This document shows, in pieces, positions 44,937 to 54,322 of a stretch of DNA of 64,000 bases. The stretch lies in the NCBI GenBank assembly GCA_035946615.1, contig DASYZB010000161.1, positions 6,881 to 70,880 of the forward strand, given 5' to 3'. A model generated the notes under the pieces. The model saw nothing but the letters and a program-made list of their open reading frames with translations. It made no database searches and was not told the origin of the DNA. The stretch comes from Verrucomicrobiia bacterium (GTDB lineage: Bacteria; Verrucomicrobiota; Verrucomicrobiia; Limisphaerales; UBA8199). Position 1 is the first letter of the stretch; each line of letters starts with the position of its first letter. A program made the position numbers and the translations under genes.

Positions 44937-45107
44937 ATTTGTTGGTTGAAACCCGCGAGGTCCGCGAGGTCTCGCTTTCCAGCAATTCGCATTTTGAGGT
45001 TTTGAAGCGCCGCTGCCACATCAATGCGGCAGCGGCGCCAAAATGAGAATTGCTGCCCGCTTTCCACGCCGCCTTGTAACTTTTCATCCCTGTTATACAA
45101 TCGACCC

Positions 45108-45737
45108 ATGCAGACTCAACGGTGGCGTCCTGTCTTCCTCTCGGCACTCGTCGTCGTCGTAATTTGGGTCCTCGCTATCGTCGGTTATTCCGTTGCCAAG
45201 AACTCCCGCGTCACCGCTGATAAAGTGAAGGCATACGCCGAGTCCATTGATTTAAGCAAGCTCTCAGCCAACGCCCGTGCCAGGGCCATTGACAAGCTGG
45301 CCCGGATGTTGAACTCCCTGTCGGTCGAGGAGCGGCGCAAAGCGCGCCTGGAACGCGTCACCTGGAGTTGGCTCAAGCAAATGACTGACGAGGAAAAGGG
45401 CCGCTTCATTGATGCCACTATGCCGACTGGCTTCAAGCAAATGCTCTCCTCCTTCGAGCAGTTGCCTGAAGAGAAACGGCGCAAAGCGGTCGATGACGCC
45501 CTGCGCCGGCTTCGAGAGGCCGAGGCCAGACTCCAAGCCGGCGGCGCTGAGGGCATTGCTCCGGGCACCAACGGCCCCCCCATTCTCAGTGAGGAACTCC
45601 AGGGTAAAATACGCACCATTGGCCTGAAAACCTTTTATAGCCAGAGCTCACCGCAGACCAAAGCCGAACTAGCCCCGGTCCTGGAGGAACTTCAGCGCGT
45701 GATGGAAAGTGGCCGCCCCTTCCGCGGAGGTCCATGA
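45108..45737 (+). CDS. Hypothetical single-pass membrane protein with helical cytoplasmic/periplasmic domain
   Basis: ATG 45108. [29 protein letters not shown] is an N-terminal TM anchor, followed by a Lys/Glu/Arg-rich helical region. No family recognised. Confidence 0.6.
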   Translation: MQTQRWRPVFLSALVVVVIWVLAIVGYSVAKNSRVTADKVKAYAESIDLSKLSANARARAIDKLARMLNSLSVEERRKARLERVTWSWLKQMTDEEKGRFIDATMPTGFKQMLSSFEQLPEEKRRKAVDDALRRLREAEARLQAGGAEGIAPGTNGPPILSEELQGKIRTIGLKTFYSQSSPQTKAELAPVLEELQRVMESGRPFRGGP

Positions 45738-46501
45738 CAAAAGATTTTGAACAGAAGCAAACGAAGAGAACGAAGGGAATGAGCGGCAATGCAGTTCTCC
45801 ACCGTGCTGAGGCAAACCCAGGTCGCATGAATAGACCGCCTGCACAGTGTATTTGGCGCAGTGGCCTGCATCGAAACCCCTATGCAACTTTCAATGACCC
45901 CCTCGAAGGGACCCTGCTGCAAACCATATCCCAATCCTCTTCGTTTGCTTCTGTTAAAACTCTTCTGTGTAGTTCCTTCACCCTCATCGAATTGCTGGTC
46001 GTCATTGCCATTATAGCCATTTTAAGCGGCCTGCTACTTACGACTGTGAGCCGGGCCAAGGAGTCTGGCCGCGCCACCGCCTGCCTGAGCAACCTGCACC
46101 AGATCGGCATCGCCCTTCAGCTTTACGTCCAGGACAACAATAATCGTCTCCCCATCATGCGCGATTACTCGCTGACCACTTCCAACGATCTCCCAAGCCC
46201 GGACCGTGTGCTGAGCAATAACTTGGGCAATCTCAAGGTGCTGGATTGCCCTTCCGACCGGCAACGAGTTTTTGAAACAACCGGCAGCAGCTATTCCTGG
46301 AACAGCCTTCTCAATGGCGAAGACGCCGATCACCTCTCCGCCCTGGGCATCAGCTTTAATCCGCACCAAATCCCGCTCATGTTCGATAAAGACCGGTTCC
46401 ATGCCGCGCGCGGCCCGAAAAAGGAGGTCAATTTCCTCTATGCGGATGGCCATATCAAAAACCTGCTCGAACTCTCCGGCACGATTCAACAAAGCCCATG
46501 A
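45734..46501 (+). CDS. Prepilin-type N-terminal cleavage/methylation domain protein (pseudopilin-like, DUF1559-like C-terminus); 5' end abnormal
   Basis: [29 protein letters not shown] is at 45977 onward, and [13 protein letters not shown] lies near the C-terminus. The only in-frame ATGs (45734, 45779, 45827) lie upstream of or inside a repeat element. This gives a 50-80 aa leader instead of the usual 5-30 aa. Confidence 0.65.
   Translation: MTKDFEQKQTKRTKGMSGNAVLHRAEANPGRMNRPPAQCIWRSGLHRNPYATFNDPLEGTLLQTISQSSSFASVKTLLCSSFTLIELLVVIAIIAILSGLLLTTVSRAKESGRATACLSNLHQIGIALQLYVQDNNNRLPIMRDYSLTTSNDLPSPDRVLSNNLGNLKVLDCPSDRQRVFETTGSSYSWNSLLNGEDADHLSALGISFNPHQIPLMFDKDRFHAARGPKKEVNFLYADGHIKNLLELSGTIQQSP
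45745..45959. repeat. MITE-like element with 19-bp perfect terminal inverted repeats
   Basis: aacagaagcaaacgaagag (45750-45768) pairs with ctcttcgtttgcttctgtt (45937-45955). Flanking tttt/aaaa extend the pairing. The interior carries gaatgagcggcaat, which is related to the family 1 repeat end. Confidence 0.65.
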
Positions 46502-47427
46502 TCCATCTCGAGAATGTCACCAAAAGGTTTGGGAACCGCTTTGCCGTCCAGGACCTCACCCTAAGGGTGCCGGCGGGTGAGATTTACGGTCTGCTCGGCC
46601 ATAATGGGGCCGGCAAAAGCACCGCCATCGGGATGATGCTCGGCCAGGTCTGGCCTACCAAGGGGCAGATTACCATTTGCGGCTTCGACGTGACCGCCCA
46701 CCGTCGCCAGGCATTGCTCAAGGTAGGCGCCATTTTCGAGACGCCGGCCTTTTACGATTACTTGAGCGGTTGGCGCAACCTCGAGATTTTCAGCTCCTAC
46801 ACCGCGCCGACCTCCAGGACGCGCATCCGTGAAGTCATCGACTGGGTCGGCCTCACCGGGCGCGAGCGTGGCAAAGTGCGGACCTACTCCCATGGCATGC
46901 GCACACGGCTGGCCCTCGCCCAAGCCCTATTGCCCCGGCCCGAACTCCTTATCCTGGACGAGCCCAGCGACGGCCTCGACCCGGAAGGCATCCATGAAAT
47001 GCGCCAGACCATCCTCCGGCTGCATCGCGAACTCAATCTGACCATCCTGCTCTCGTCGCATTTCCTCAATGAGGTCGAGCACCTCTGCTCGCGTATCGCC
47101 GTCCTGAACCAGGGCCGGATGGTTTTCGAGGGCACACTCTCGGCCACGCGCGAGGCCACCCGGTGGGTCCGGCTCAACGTCGGCGATTTCCCGCTGGCTG
47201 TGAAGGAACTCCGCGATTGCCGGCTCATCACCGATGTGCGCGATGGCAGGCTGGTCGCGCTGGGACACGACATCGGGGCCGACCGCGTGGTTCGCCTCCT
47301 GGTCGAGCGCGGCATCCCCGTTTATGAAATCGCCCGCGAAGAAGAGACGCTCGAGAACTTTTATCTCAGCCTCATGAATAATCAAAGAGCCCGCGACGCC
47401 ACGTTGCCTGCGGGATATAAGCCGTAA
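46498..47427 (+). CDS. ABC transporter ATP-binding protein (ABC-2/DrrA-like subfamily)
   Basis: The ATG overlaps the previous stop (ATGA). Motifs: [38 protein letters not shown]-terminal ~85 aa accessory domain is present. Confidence 0.88.
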   Translation: MIHLENVTKRFGNRFAVQDLTLRVPAGEIYGLLGHNGAGKSTAIGMMLGQVWPTKGQITICGFDVTAHRRQALLKVGAIFETPAFYDYLSGWRNLEIFSSYTAPTSRTRIREVIDWVGLTGRERGKVRTYSHGMRTRLALAQALLPRPELLILDEPSDGLDPEGIHEMRQTILRLHRELNLTILLSSHFLNEVEHLCSRIAVLNQGRMVFEGTLSATREATRWVRLNVGDFPLAVKELRDCRLITDVRDGRLVALGHDIGADRVVRLLVERGIPVYEIAREEETLENFYLSLMNNQRARDATLPAGYKP

Positions 47428-47504
47428 GCAGCGGACTCCCTTTTCAAGTGGGGTGCACACCCCAATAGAATGAACAGGCCACCCTACGCCATGCTGCTGG
47501 TGTT

Positions 47505-47993
47505 ATGAAAACAAACGTAAAATACATTCCTGATGGCTTTCATGCCGTGACACCGTACCTGACGGTAAAGAACGCGGCGCAAGCCATTGAGTTCTACAAA
47601 CGCGGCTTCGACGCGCGTGAGCGCGTGCGCATGCCGGGGCCCGACGGCAAAGTTGCCCACGCAGAATTGCAGATCGCAGATTCCATTATCATGCTGGGTG
47701 AAGAATGCCCGGAGCATGGGAACGTGTCGCCTGAGAGCCTCGAAGGATCGCCGGTGGGACTTGCGTTGTACGTGCAGAACGTGGACGCGGCGTTCGAGCG
47801 CGCCGTAGGCGCGGGAGCTTCTGTCACAGAACCTGTTGCCGACAAGTTCTGGGGTGACCGCAGCGGATCACTCACCGATCCGTTCGGGCACAAATGGATG
47901 CTCCTGACGCACATTGAGGACGTCTCGCCCCAAGAGATGAAGAAACGGATGGCCGAGATGTTTTCCACGGCATCGGCCGGAAACAAAAAGTGA
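47505..47993 (+). CDS. VOC (glyoxalase/bleomycin-resistance, PhnB-like) family protein
   Basis: [28 protein letters not shown]...[17 protein letters not shown]...[21 protein letters not shown]. Confidence 0.8.
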   Translation: MKTNVKYIPDGFHAVTPYLTVKNAAQAIEFYKRGFDARERVRMPGPDGKVAHAELQIADSIIMLGEECPEHGNVSPESLEGSPVGLALYVQNVDAAFERAVGAGASVTEPVADKFWGDRSGSLTDPFGHKWMLLTHIEDVSPQEMKKRMAEMFSTASAGNKK

Positions 47994-48084
47994 GAAGACA
48001 CGAGCATCCCGCGGGCGGCTTGGCGAGCGTAATTCCGCGCAAATAGGCTGGCAAAACGGCTGTCGCCGAGCGACACTCGCTTGT

Positions 48085-48143
48085 AGCCGTGGGTTTCATT
48101 CAGGTCGAAGCCCGCGGCTATCCGCACCGCCGCTCCGCGGTGC
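48085..48143. repeat. Double-hairpin palindromic repeat, family 2, copy 2
   Basis: agccgtggg...cccgcggct forms 9 bp with one G-U pair. gcaccgc-cgctcc-gcggtgc follows. It lies 20 nt upstream of the fumC ATG. Confidence 0.6.
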
Positions 48144-48162
48144 GCGCCTAATACAGGCCACC

Positions 48163-49575
48163 ATGACAATTGCCAGCGCAGCCGGTTTCCGTATCGAAGA
48201 GGATTCCTTGGGCGAAGTCAAAGTTCCCGCAAAGCATCTGTGGGGCGCCCAGACGGAACGCTCACGCCACAACTTCCAGATTGGTGTCGAGCGTTACCGC
48301 TGGGGCCGGCCTGTCATCCGTGCCTTGGGCATTCTCAAAAAATGCGCCGCCCTGGCCAATGCTGACCTGGGCCAATTGACGCGGGAGAAGGCCGATTTGA
48401 TTGTGACTGCGGCCCAGGAGGTAATCGAAGGGAAGCTGGATGCGGAGTTTCCGCTCGTTGTGTTCCAAACGGGGTCGGGCACTCAAACCAACATGAACGC
48501 CAATGAGGTCATCGCCAACCGCGCCATTCAGCTTGCCGGTGGTATTTTGGGTTCAAAGAAGCCGATCCATCCAAACGAAGATGTGAACCGAAGCCAATCT
48601 TCCAATGACACCTTCCCGACCGTCATGCACATCGCCACAGTCGAGCAGACGGAGAACGTCCTGGCGCCTGCTATTCGATTGCTACGGGACACGCTCGATG
48701 CGAAAGCCAAAGCCTTCGCGCAGATAACGATGATAGGCCGGACACACCTCCAGGACGCCACGCCTCTAACGCTTGGACAGGTGATTTCCGGCTGGGTAGC
48801 GCAACTCGACGAGGCGCTCGGCGCTCTCCACAGCGTTTTGCCGGGAGTGTGCGCCCTCGCCATCGGTGGAACGGCGGTCGGCACGGGCCTGAATGCCGAT
48901 CCTCGCTTCGGGGAAGCAGCGGCGCGCAAAATCGCCGTGGAAACGGGCAAACCCTTCGTCTCGGCACCCAACAAGTTTGCCGCCCTCTCGGCCCACGACG
49001 CGATGATGACCCTCAGTGGGGCATTGCGAACGCTAGCCGGCGCTCTGCTGAAAATAGCCAACGACGTGCGCTGGTATGCCTCGGGACCACGGGCCGGTCT
49101 TGGCGAGCTGAAATTGCCGGAAAACGAGCCGGGCTCGTCCATCATGCCCGGCAAGATTAACCCGACACAGTGTGAGGCCCTGACGATGGTGTCGGTTCAG
49201 GTGTTTGGCAATGATCACGCGGTGGCTTTCGCCGGTTCACAAGGCAACTTCCAGCTCAATGTCTATAAGCCGGTCATCCTGCAGAACGTGCTGGATTCAA
49301 TTGAACTCCTCGCCCAGGCGGCACGCTCGTTCAACGACCATTGCGCCCAAGGGATCGAGCCCAACGAAAAGCGCATCCACGAGCACCTCGAAAACTCGCT
49401 GATGCTGGTGACGGCCCTCAACCCGCACATTGGCTACGAAAAGGCCGCCCAAATCTCCCTCAAGGCTTACCGGGAGAATATTTCACTGCGTCAGGCTGCC
49501 CTGGAACTGGGCTTTGTGACGGCCGAGCAATTCGACCAATGGGTGCGGCCAGAAGACATGACGCACTCCGGATGA
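48163..49575 (+). CDS. fumC: Class II fumarate hydratase
   Basis: [11 protein letters not shown] signature, [16 protein letters not shown], 470 aa. Confidence 0.95.
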   Translation: MTIASAAGFRIEEDSLGEVKVPAKHLWGAQTERSRHNFQIGVERYRWGRPVIRALGILKKCAALANADLGQLTREKADLIVTAAQEVIEGKLDAEFPLVVFQTGSGTQTNMNANEVIANRAIQLAGGILGSKKPIHPNEDVNRSQSSNDTFPTVMHIATVEQTENVLAPAIRLLRDTLDAKAKAFAQITMIGRTHLQDATPLTLGQVISGWVAQLDEALGALHSVLPGVCALAIGGTAVGTGLNADPRFGEAAARKIAVETGKPFVSAPNKFAALSAHDAMMTLSGALRTLAGALLKIANDVRWYASGPRAGLGELKLPENEPGSSIMPGKINPTQCEALTMVSVQVFGNDHAVAFAGSQGNFQLNVYKPVILQNVLDSIELLAQAARSFNDHCAQGIEPNEKRIHEHLENSLMLVTALNPHIGYEKAAQISLKAYRENISLRQAALELGFVTAEQFDQWVRPEDMTHSG

Positions 49576-50744
49576 AGCGGCTAACCAATTGTTTTTTTCT
49601 TAGTGCCTGTTTTGAAGTTGGCCGGCTCCATCCTCCTCGTTCTCATTCTTCCTGCTCGAATTCTCAGGGCTTTCAAGGACGCGGACGACCAAGAGGTCGA
49701 GGACGAATAGCGGCAATTCTACTTTTAAGACAGGCTCTTTGTGCGGGGTTGGCGGGAGTGTGGCTCTCCATTTCGGCCACTGCCGCTCCTTTGAAAGGGG
49801 CGCCCTTCTCCTCCTCTGCCCAATCCATGCCCGCGCGCGAGCCGATTTCAGGCTTTTCCAGCCCTCAACAATTATCCAATCCTGCGCCTCCTCCAGCATC
49901 CCCTGCGCCGCCGGCCCAGCGTTCCAGCACCAGAAGCCCCTGCCGGCATTTGCTTTGGAAACTTGATAGCGCCAATGCGACCGTTTTTCTGCTAGGGGCC
50001 ATTCATGTGATGAAACCAGAGGATTATCCCATGCCTGCTGCGATTGAAACAGCGTTCAGCAATGCGGCCATTGTGGTGTTCGAGACCGACATGGCTCGAT
50101 TGGAAGACCCGGCGTCGCAGAAGGAACTCCTCAAGCGCGGCGCTTTGCCGCAGGACCAAATCCTAAGCGAGGAGCTTCCTCCCAGCCTCTATTCGCGCTT
50201 TCGTCAGCAAGTGCGGCAACTCGGTTTGCCTCCTGATATCTTCGATTTCGTAAAACCATCGGTCGCCGCTATCTCCTTGGAGGCCCTGGAAATGCAGAGG
50301 CTTGGGTTCAGTTCGGAAAACGGCGTGGACCATTATCTTTTTAAAAAGGCGCAGCAGCAGCATAAAAAAATTGAAACACTCGAATCCGTCGATTTCCAAA
50401 TCCGGCTAGTGACCCGGTTTTCGAACCGTGAAGGCGAACAATTGCTCGATGAAACCCTTGAGGACTTGGCAGAAACAGGGGCTTTCCTGAAAGCGATGCG
50501 GCGCGCCTGGAACTGCGGCGATACCACGCAATTGGATACCCTGCTTAATCGTTCCCGCATCGAAGCCCCTTCCCTCTTCAGACGCTCCGTCAGGAACCGA
50601 AATAAACGCTGGGCGCCACGGATCGAGCAGTTGCTGCGAAGTCGGCAGCAGGCCATGGTGGTGGTGGGCGCCGGACATCTTCTCGGCAAAGGTGGGTTGT
50701 TGGACTTGTTGCGCCACAAAGGCTGGCAGCCAACTCAGTTATAG
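49572..50744 (+). CDS. TraB/GumN family protein; 5' end contains a repeat element
   Basis: [27 protein letters not shown]...VVFETD...[17 protein letters not shown] are GumN/TraB hallmarks. ATG 49572 overlaps the fumC stop (ATGA). I found no convincing in-frame start between the repeat and the signal-like segment (only a TTG at about 49749, which would truncate it). The track extension back to 49341 is overlap inside fumC. Confidence 0.7.
   Translation: MKRLTNCFFLSACFEVGRLHPPRSHSSCSNSQGFQGRGRPRGRGRIAAILLLRQALCAGLAGVWLSISATAAPLKGAPFSSSAQSMPAREPISGFSSPQQLSNPAPPPASPAPPAQRSSTRSPCRHLLWKLDSANATVFLLGAIHVMKPEDYPMPAAIETAFSNAAIVVFETDMARLEDPASQKELLKRGALPQDQILSEELPPSLYSRFRQQVRQLGLPPDIFDFVKPSVAAISLEALEMQRLGFSSENGVDHYLFKKAQQQHKKIETLESVDFQIRLVTRFSNREGEQLLDETLEDLAETGAFLKAMRRAWNCGDTTQLDTLLNRSRIEAPSLFRRSVRNRNKRWAPRIEQLLRSRQQAMVVVGAGHLLGKGGLLDLLRHKGWQPTQL
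49608..49722. repeat. Interspersed hairpin repeat, family 1, copy B
   Basis: tgttttgaagttggccggctccatcctcctcgttctc...gcggacgaccaagaggtcgaggacgaatagcggcaattctac aligns along its length with copy A at 35047-35155. Confidence 0.7.
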
Positions 50745-50866
50745 GCCGCGTGCCTGGCAACCTAGGGTTTTAACCCCATTCCCTTTTGGCAAACATAGCC
50801 CATATTCAACGCTTAAGGACCAATTTAATAAACTGAAAACGAATTCTGGCCCTGGCAGCAAATCAC

Positions 50867-52168
50867 GTGGCAAGACCAAACCCAATCGGCCCTTTCATTA
50901 GCGCATCGAGAACCCCCGGCGGCGCGCGCCGCGCGTTGCGCGTGTTACTGGTGGAAGATTCCCAATCCGATGCCTTGCTGCTGATTCGGGCTCTGGACCG
51001 GGGCGGCTTCGATGTCATTAGCCAGCGGGTCGATACCGCGGAGTCCATGGAGCTTGCCCTCCAAAATCAATTGTGGGACGCCATTCTTTGTGACCATGCG
51101 ATGCCCAGCTTCAGCGCTCCGGAGGCGCTCGAATTGATTAAAAAACACCAGTTCGACGTTCCATTCATTATCGTTTCGGGCTATATCGAAGAAGAAACGG
51201 CTGTGGCCGCAATGAAGGCCGGCGCGCATGATTACATCATGAAAGACCACTTGGCGCGCCTGGTGCCGGCCGTTGAGCGGGAGTTGCGCGACGCCGAAGT
51301 GCGGCGTGCCCGGCGCAAATCCGAGGAGGAGTTGCTGCGCGCCCAGGAAGAGCTCGAACTGCGGGTCGAGCAGCGCACCGCGGACTTGCGCGCCGCCAAT
51401 CTCAAACTGGAGAACGTCATTGACGAACGCAAACGGCTCGAAAATGAACTGCTCGAAATCGCCGAAAACGAGCGGCGTCGCATCGGATTTGACCTGCATG
51501 ATGACCTTGGCCAAAAACTGACAGGGGTGTCCATGATGCTGAAGGGCTTGGAGCGCCGGCTGGCGACCGAGAATCATGCGTGCGTCGGCGAAGCGCGTAA
51601 AATCCAAGCCCTGATCGACGAAACCATTCAGCATACCCATAACCTGGCCCATCAGTTCAGTTCATTAGACGCCAGCGGTGATGATTTGTGCGGGGTTCTC
51701 AAAGGGCTGGCGGAAAACGTCCAAAAGATGTTTGGCATCCAGTGCGGGTTTCATCCGAAAGGAGCCCCCCCCGCGTTGCCTCGCCACAGCACTGTTCAGC
51801 TTTACAAAATCGCCCAGGAAGCCGTCAGCAATGCGATCAAACACGGAAAAGCGCGGCAGGTTTCGATTGGCCTGACTCATCAGCATGAGCACTTAGTCCT
51901 GACCATCAAAAATGACGGCCTCCCCTTTTCTCAGCCTGCTGGCTCCAAGAACCGCATGGGATTGCGCATCATGAATTATCGCGCCAATACCATCGGCGCA
52001 ACCCTGGACATCAAGCCGACGAATAAATCCGGCACACTGGTCACTTGCTCCCTCTCGGTCAGACCGGCCCCGAAACAATTGGCAGGGCCACTGGCTCGTC
52101 CTGCAAATGGCCGTCAGGATCGGCCCCTTGAAGCCGAGGCCGCCGTTTCCCACGCCGTATCGACGTAG
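50867..52168 (+). CDS. Receiver domain - coiled coil - HisKA_3/HATPase_c histidine kinase
   Basis: REC: RVLLVEDSQSDALLLIRAL...AILCDHAMPSFSAPEAL...FIIVSG. H-box: ERRRIGFDLHDDLGQKLTG. ATPase: AQEAVSNAIKHGKA...DGLPF...GLRIMNYRA. GTG start. Confidence 0.8.
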   Translation: MARPNPIGPFISASRTPGGARRALRVLLVEDSQSDALLLIRALDRGGFDVISQRVDTAESMELALQNQLWDAILCDHAMPSFSAPEALELIKKHQFDVPFIIVSGYIEEETAVAAMKAGAHDYIMKDHLARLVPAVERELRDAEVRRARRKSEEELLRAQEELELRVEQRTADLRAANLKLENVIDERKRLENELLEIAENERRRIGFDLHDDLGQKLTGVSMMLKGLERRLATENHACVGEARKIQALIDETIQHTHNLAHQFSSLDASGDDLCGVLKGLAENVQKMFGIQCGFHPKGAPPALPRHSTVQLYKIAQEAVSNAIKHGKARQVSIGLTHQHEHLVLTIKNDGLPFSQPAGSKNRMGLRIMNYRANTIGATLDIKPTNKSGTLVTCSLSVRPAPKQLAGPLARPANGRQDRPLEAEAAVSHAVST

Positions 52169-52272
52169 CCGGGACCGCTTTACCCCGCCTCGCATTGGCG
52201 TGAGATCCTGTCATCGAAAGGACTTTAGGCTGGTTTCCCAATAGCTGGTTCCTGCACCATCATCGGTCTGGC

Positions 52273-53547
52273 ATGCAATCCACCGATCTGAGGGCGCCCA
52301 CTGCTGCAACTGAGCGAGGAGAACTGCGCCGGCTCTCCCGCCACCAGTGGCGCTCCGGCATCGCAGCGTGGCTGGGTTGGACCTTCGATGGGCTGGACAT
52401 GCATCTCTATACGCTGGTGGCGGCGCCCTTTGTGGCGCAGTTGCTGGGCGCCACTACCACAACTGACCCCCGGGTCGGACGCTATGGCTCAATTATCCAG
52501 GCCGCGTTTCTGCTGGGCTGGGCTTTTGGCGGCGCTTTTTTTGGCCGGATTGGCGATCGGCTGGGCCGCGCCCGCGCCTTGAGCTTCACAATCCTCACCT
52601 ACGCCTTGTTCACCGGCCTCTCCTTTTTCGCAACCAGTTGGTGGCACTTGCTCTTTTGCCGCTTTCTTTCGGCGCTGGGCATCGGCGGCGAATGGGCTGT
52701 AGGCGCGTCGCTGTTGACTGAGACCTGGCCGCATCGTTGGCGGCCATGGATTGCTGCCGTGCTCCAGACCGGCGTCAACATCGGTATCCTCTTTGCTGTC
52801 CTGGCCAACCAAATTCTTGCCAAGGCCCCTCCGCGTTATTTATTCCTGGTCGGCATTCTCCCGGCCCTGCTGGTCTTGTGGATACGGCGGGCTGTGCCCG
52901 AAACCGAGGAATGGCGCGGCGCCAGGCAGAGCGTCGAGCAAATGCCCGGTCTCAAGGATTTATTTCGCGGCGAGGTGCGCCGGGTTACCATTTGCGTCGC
53001 GGTCGTCTGCGGCATTTCCCTCACCGCCCACTGGGCCTTTATGTTTTGGCATCAGCAGCAATTGCGCAATCTCCCTGAGGTGCTTTCCTGGACCCCGGCC
53101 CAAAAAAATCGCCTGGCTGATGCCGCCATGTTCCTGGTGATCGGGTCCTCGATTTTGGGAAACTTCTTTGCCGGCTGGCTGGCGCGATTCCTCGGATACC
53201 GTTTGACCATCGCCCTGATGTTCCTGGCCTACTTCGCGGCGATGCTCGGCGCCTATAGCGTTGCGCGCAACCACCTGGCTCTGCTCTGCTGGCTGCCTGT
53301 AATCGGCTTTTGCCAGGGGGCCTTCGCCCTCTTTACCATGTATTTGCCCCCACTTTTCCCCACCCTGCTCCGAACCACCGGCGCGGGGTTCTGTTACAAC
53401 ATTGGCCGGGTCACAGCGGCAGCCGGAACCGTCTTTTTCGGCCTGTTTTCCAGAGTCGGCGATCACCGCATCGCTTTGCTCTACGCTGGTCTGCTATTCC
53501 TGCCGGCTGCTCTCACCGCCTTATTCTTGCCGCGTGCGCGCGATTGA
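52273..53547 (+). CDS. MFS transporter
   Basis: About 12 hydrophobic segments and the MFS loop motif GRIGDRLGRARAL between TM2 and TM3. Confidence 0.8.
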   Translation: MQSTDLRAPTAATERGELRRLSRHQWRSGIAAWLGWTFDGLDMHLYTLVAAPFVAQLLGATTTTDPRVGRYGSIIQAAFLLGWAFGGAFFGRIGDRLGRARALSFTILTYALFTGLSFFATSWWHLLFCRFLSALGIGGEWAVGASLLTETWPHRWRPWIAAVLQTGVNIGILFAVLANQILAKAPPRYLFLVGILPALLVLWIRRAVPETEEWRGARQSVEQMPGLKDLFRGEVRRVTICVAVVCGISLTAHWAFMFWHQQQLRNLPEVLSWTPAQKNRLADAAMFLVIGSSILGNFFAGWLARFLGYRLTIALMFLAYFAAMLGAYSVARNHLALLCWLPVIGFCQGAFALFTMYLPPLFPTLLRTTGAGFCYNIGRVTAAAGTVFFGLFSRVGDHRIALLYAGLLFLPAALTALFLPRARD

Positions 53548-54211
53548 CCAGACCCAACCCCGGCCCGCTGCTCTCCAATCGCGAAAGGCGCGGCGGCCCC
53601 TGCTCCTCGCCATTGCCGGCGGCAGCGGTTCGGGCAAATCCTGGCTGGCCACGAAGCTCGAAACCGCCCTGGCGCCCAACGTCCTGCGCATTTGCCTCGA
53701 CGACTTTTACCGCGACCGCTCCCACCTGACTCCGGCCCGGCGCGCCCGGCTCAATTTCGATCACCCGCGCGCCATTGACTGGAACGCCCTCGAGAACGCA
53801 TTGAAAAGGCTTCATGCCGGCCACCCTGCGCGCGTGCCCTCCTATGATTTCAAAACGCACACCCGCTTGGCGGCCTCGCAAGTTCTCAGGCCAAAACCCC
53901 TCATCGTCGTCGAGGGTCTTTGGCTGCTGCGCCGGCCAGCCCTTCGCCGGCTCTTCGCACTGCGGATTTTTCTCGAATGCCCCGCCCGGACTCGCCTGAA
54001 ACGGCGATTGGCGCGAGATGGCCAATCGCGGGGCCGCACCCGAGAATCGGTCCAGGCGCAATTCCACGCCACGGTCCAGCCCATGCACCGGCTCTTTGTG
54101 GCCCCGCAGGTCCGCTGGGCCCATGTGCGGTTGCGTGGGACGCCGGGAAATAAGGAAATTAAGAGGATCACGCAATGGTTGCGAACACAGAACCCGTTTG
54201 ACATTTCCTAA
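53534..54211 (+). CDS. udk: Uridine kinase / phosphoribulokinase family P-loop kinase
   Basis: GTG 53534 overlaps the MFS 3' end by 14 nt. Motifs: LLLAIAGGSGSGKSWLA, LCLDDFYRD, FDHPRAIDW, YDFKTHTR, IVVEGLW. Confidence 0.65.
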   Translation: MRAIDQTQPRPAALQSRKARRPLLLAIAGGSGSGKSWLATKLETALAPNVLRICLDDFYRDRSHLTPARRARLNFDHPRAIDWNALENALKRLHAGHPARVPSYDFKTHTRLAASQVLRPKPLIVVEGLWLLRRPALRRLFALRIFLECPARTRLKRRLARDGQSRGRTRESVQAQFHATVQPMHRLFVAPQVRWAHVRLRGTPGNKEIKRITQWLRTQNPFDIS

Positions 54212-54322
54212 AGGTTCCGTTCATCGAGAGCCTGGGGAATGACGAGGAATTCCCTTGCGCGATGGCCGCTCTCTTTGTCCTAATCTCACCAACGCACCAA
54301 TTGCAGAGCCGCTTCCCTGTTT

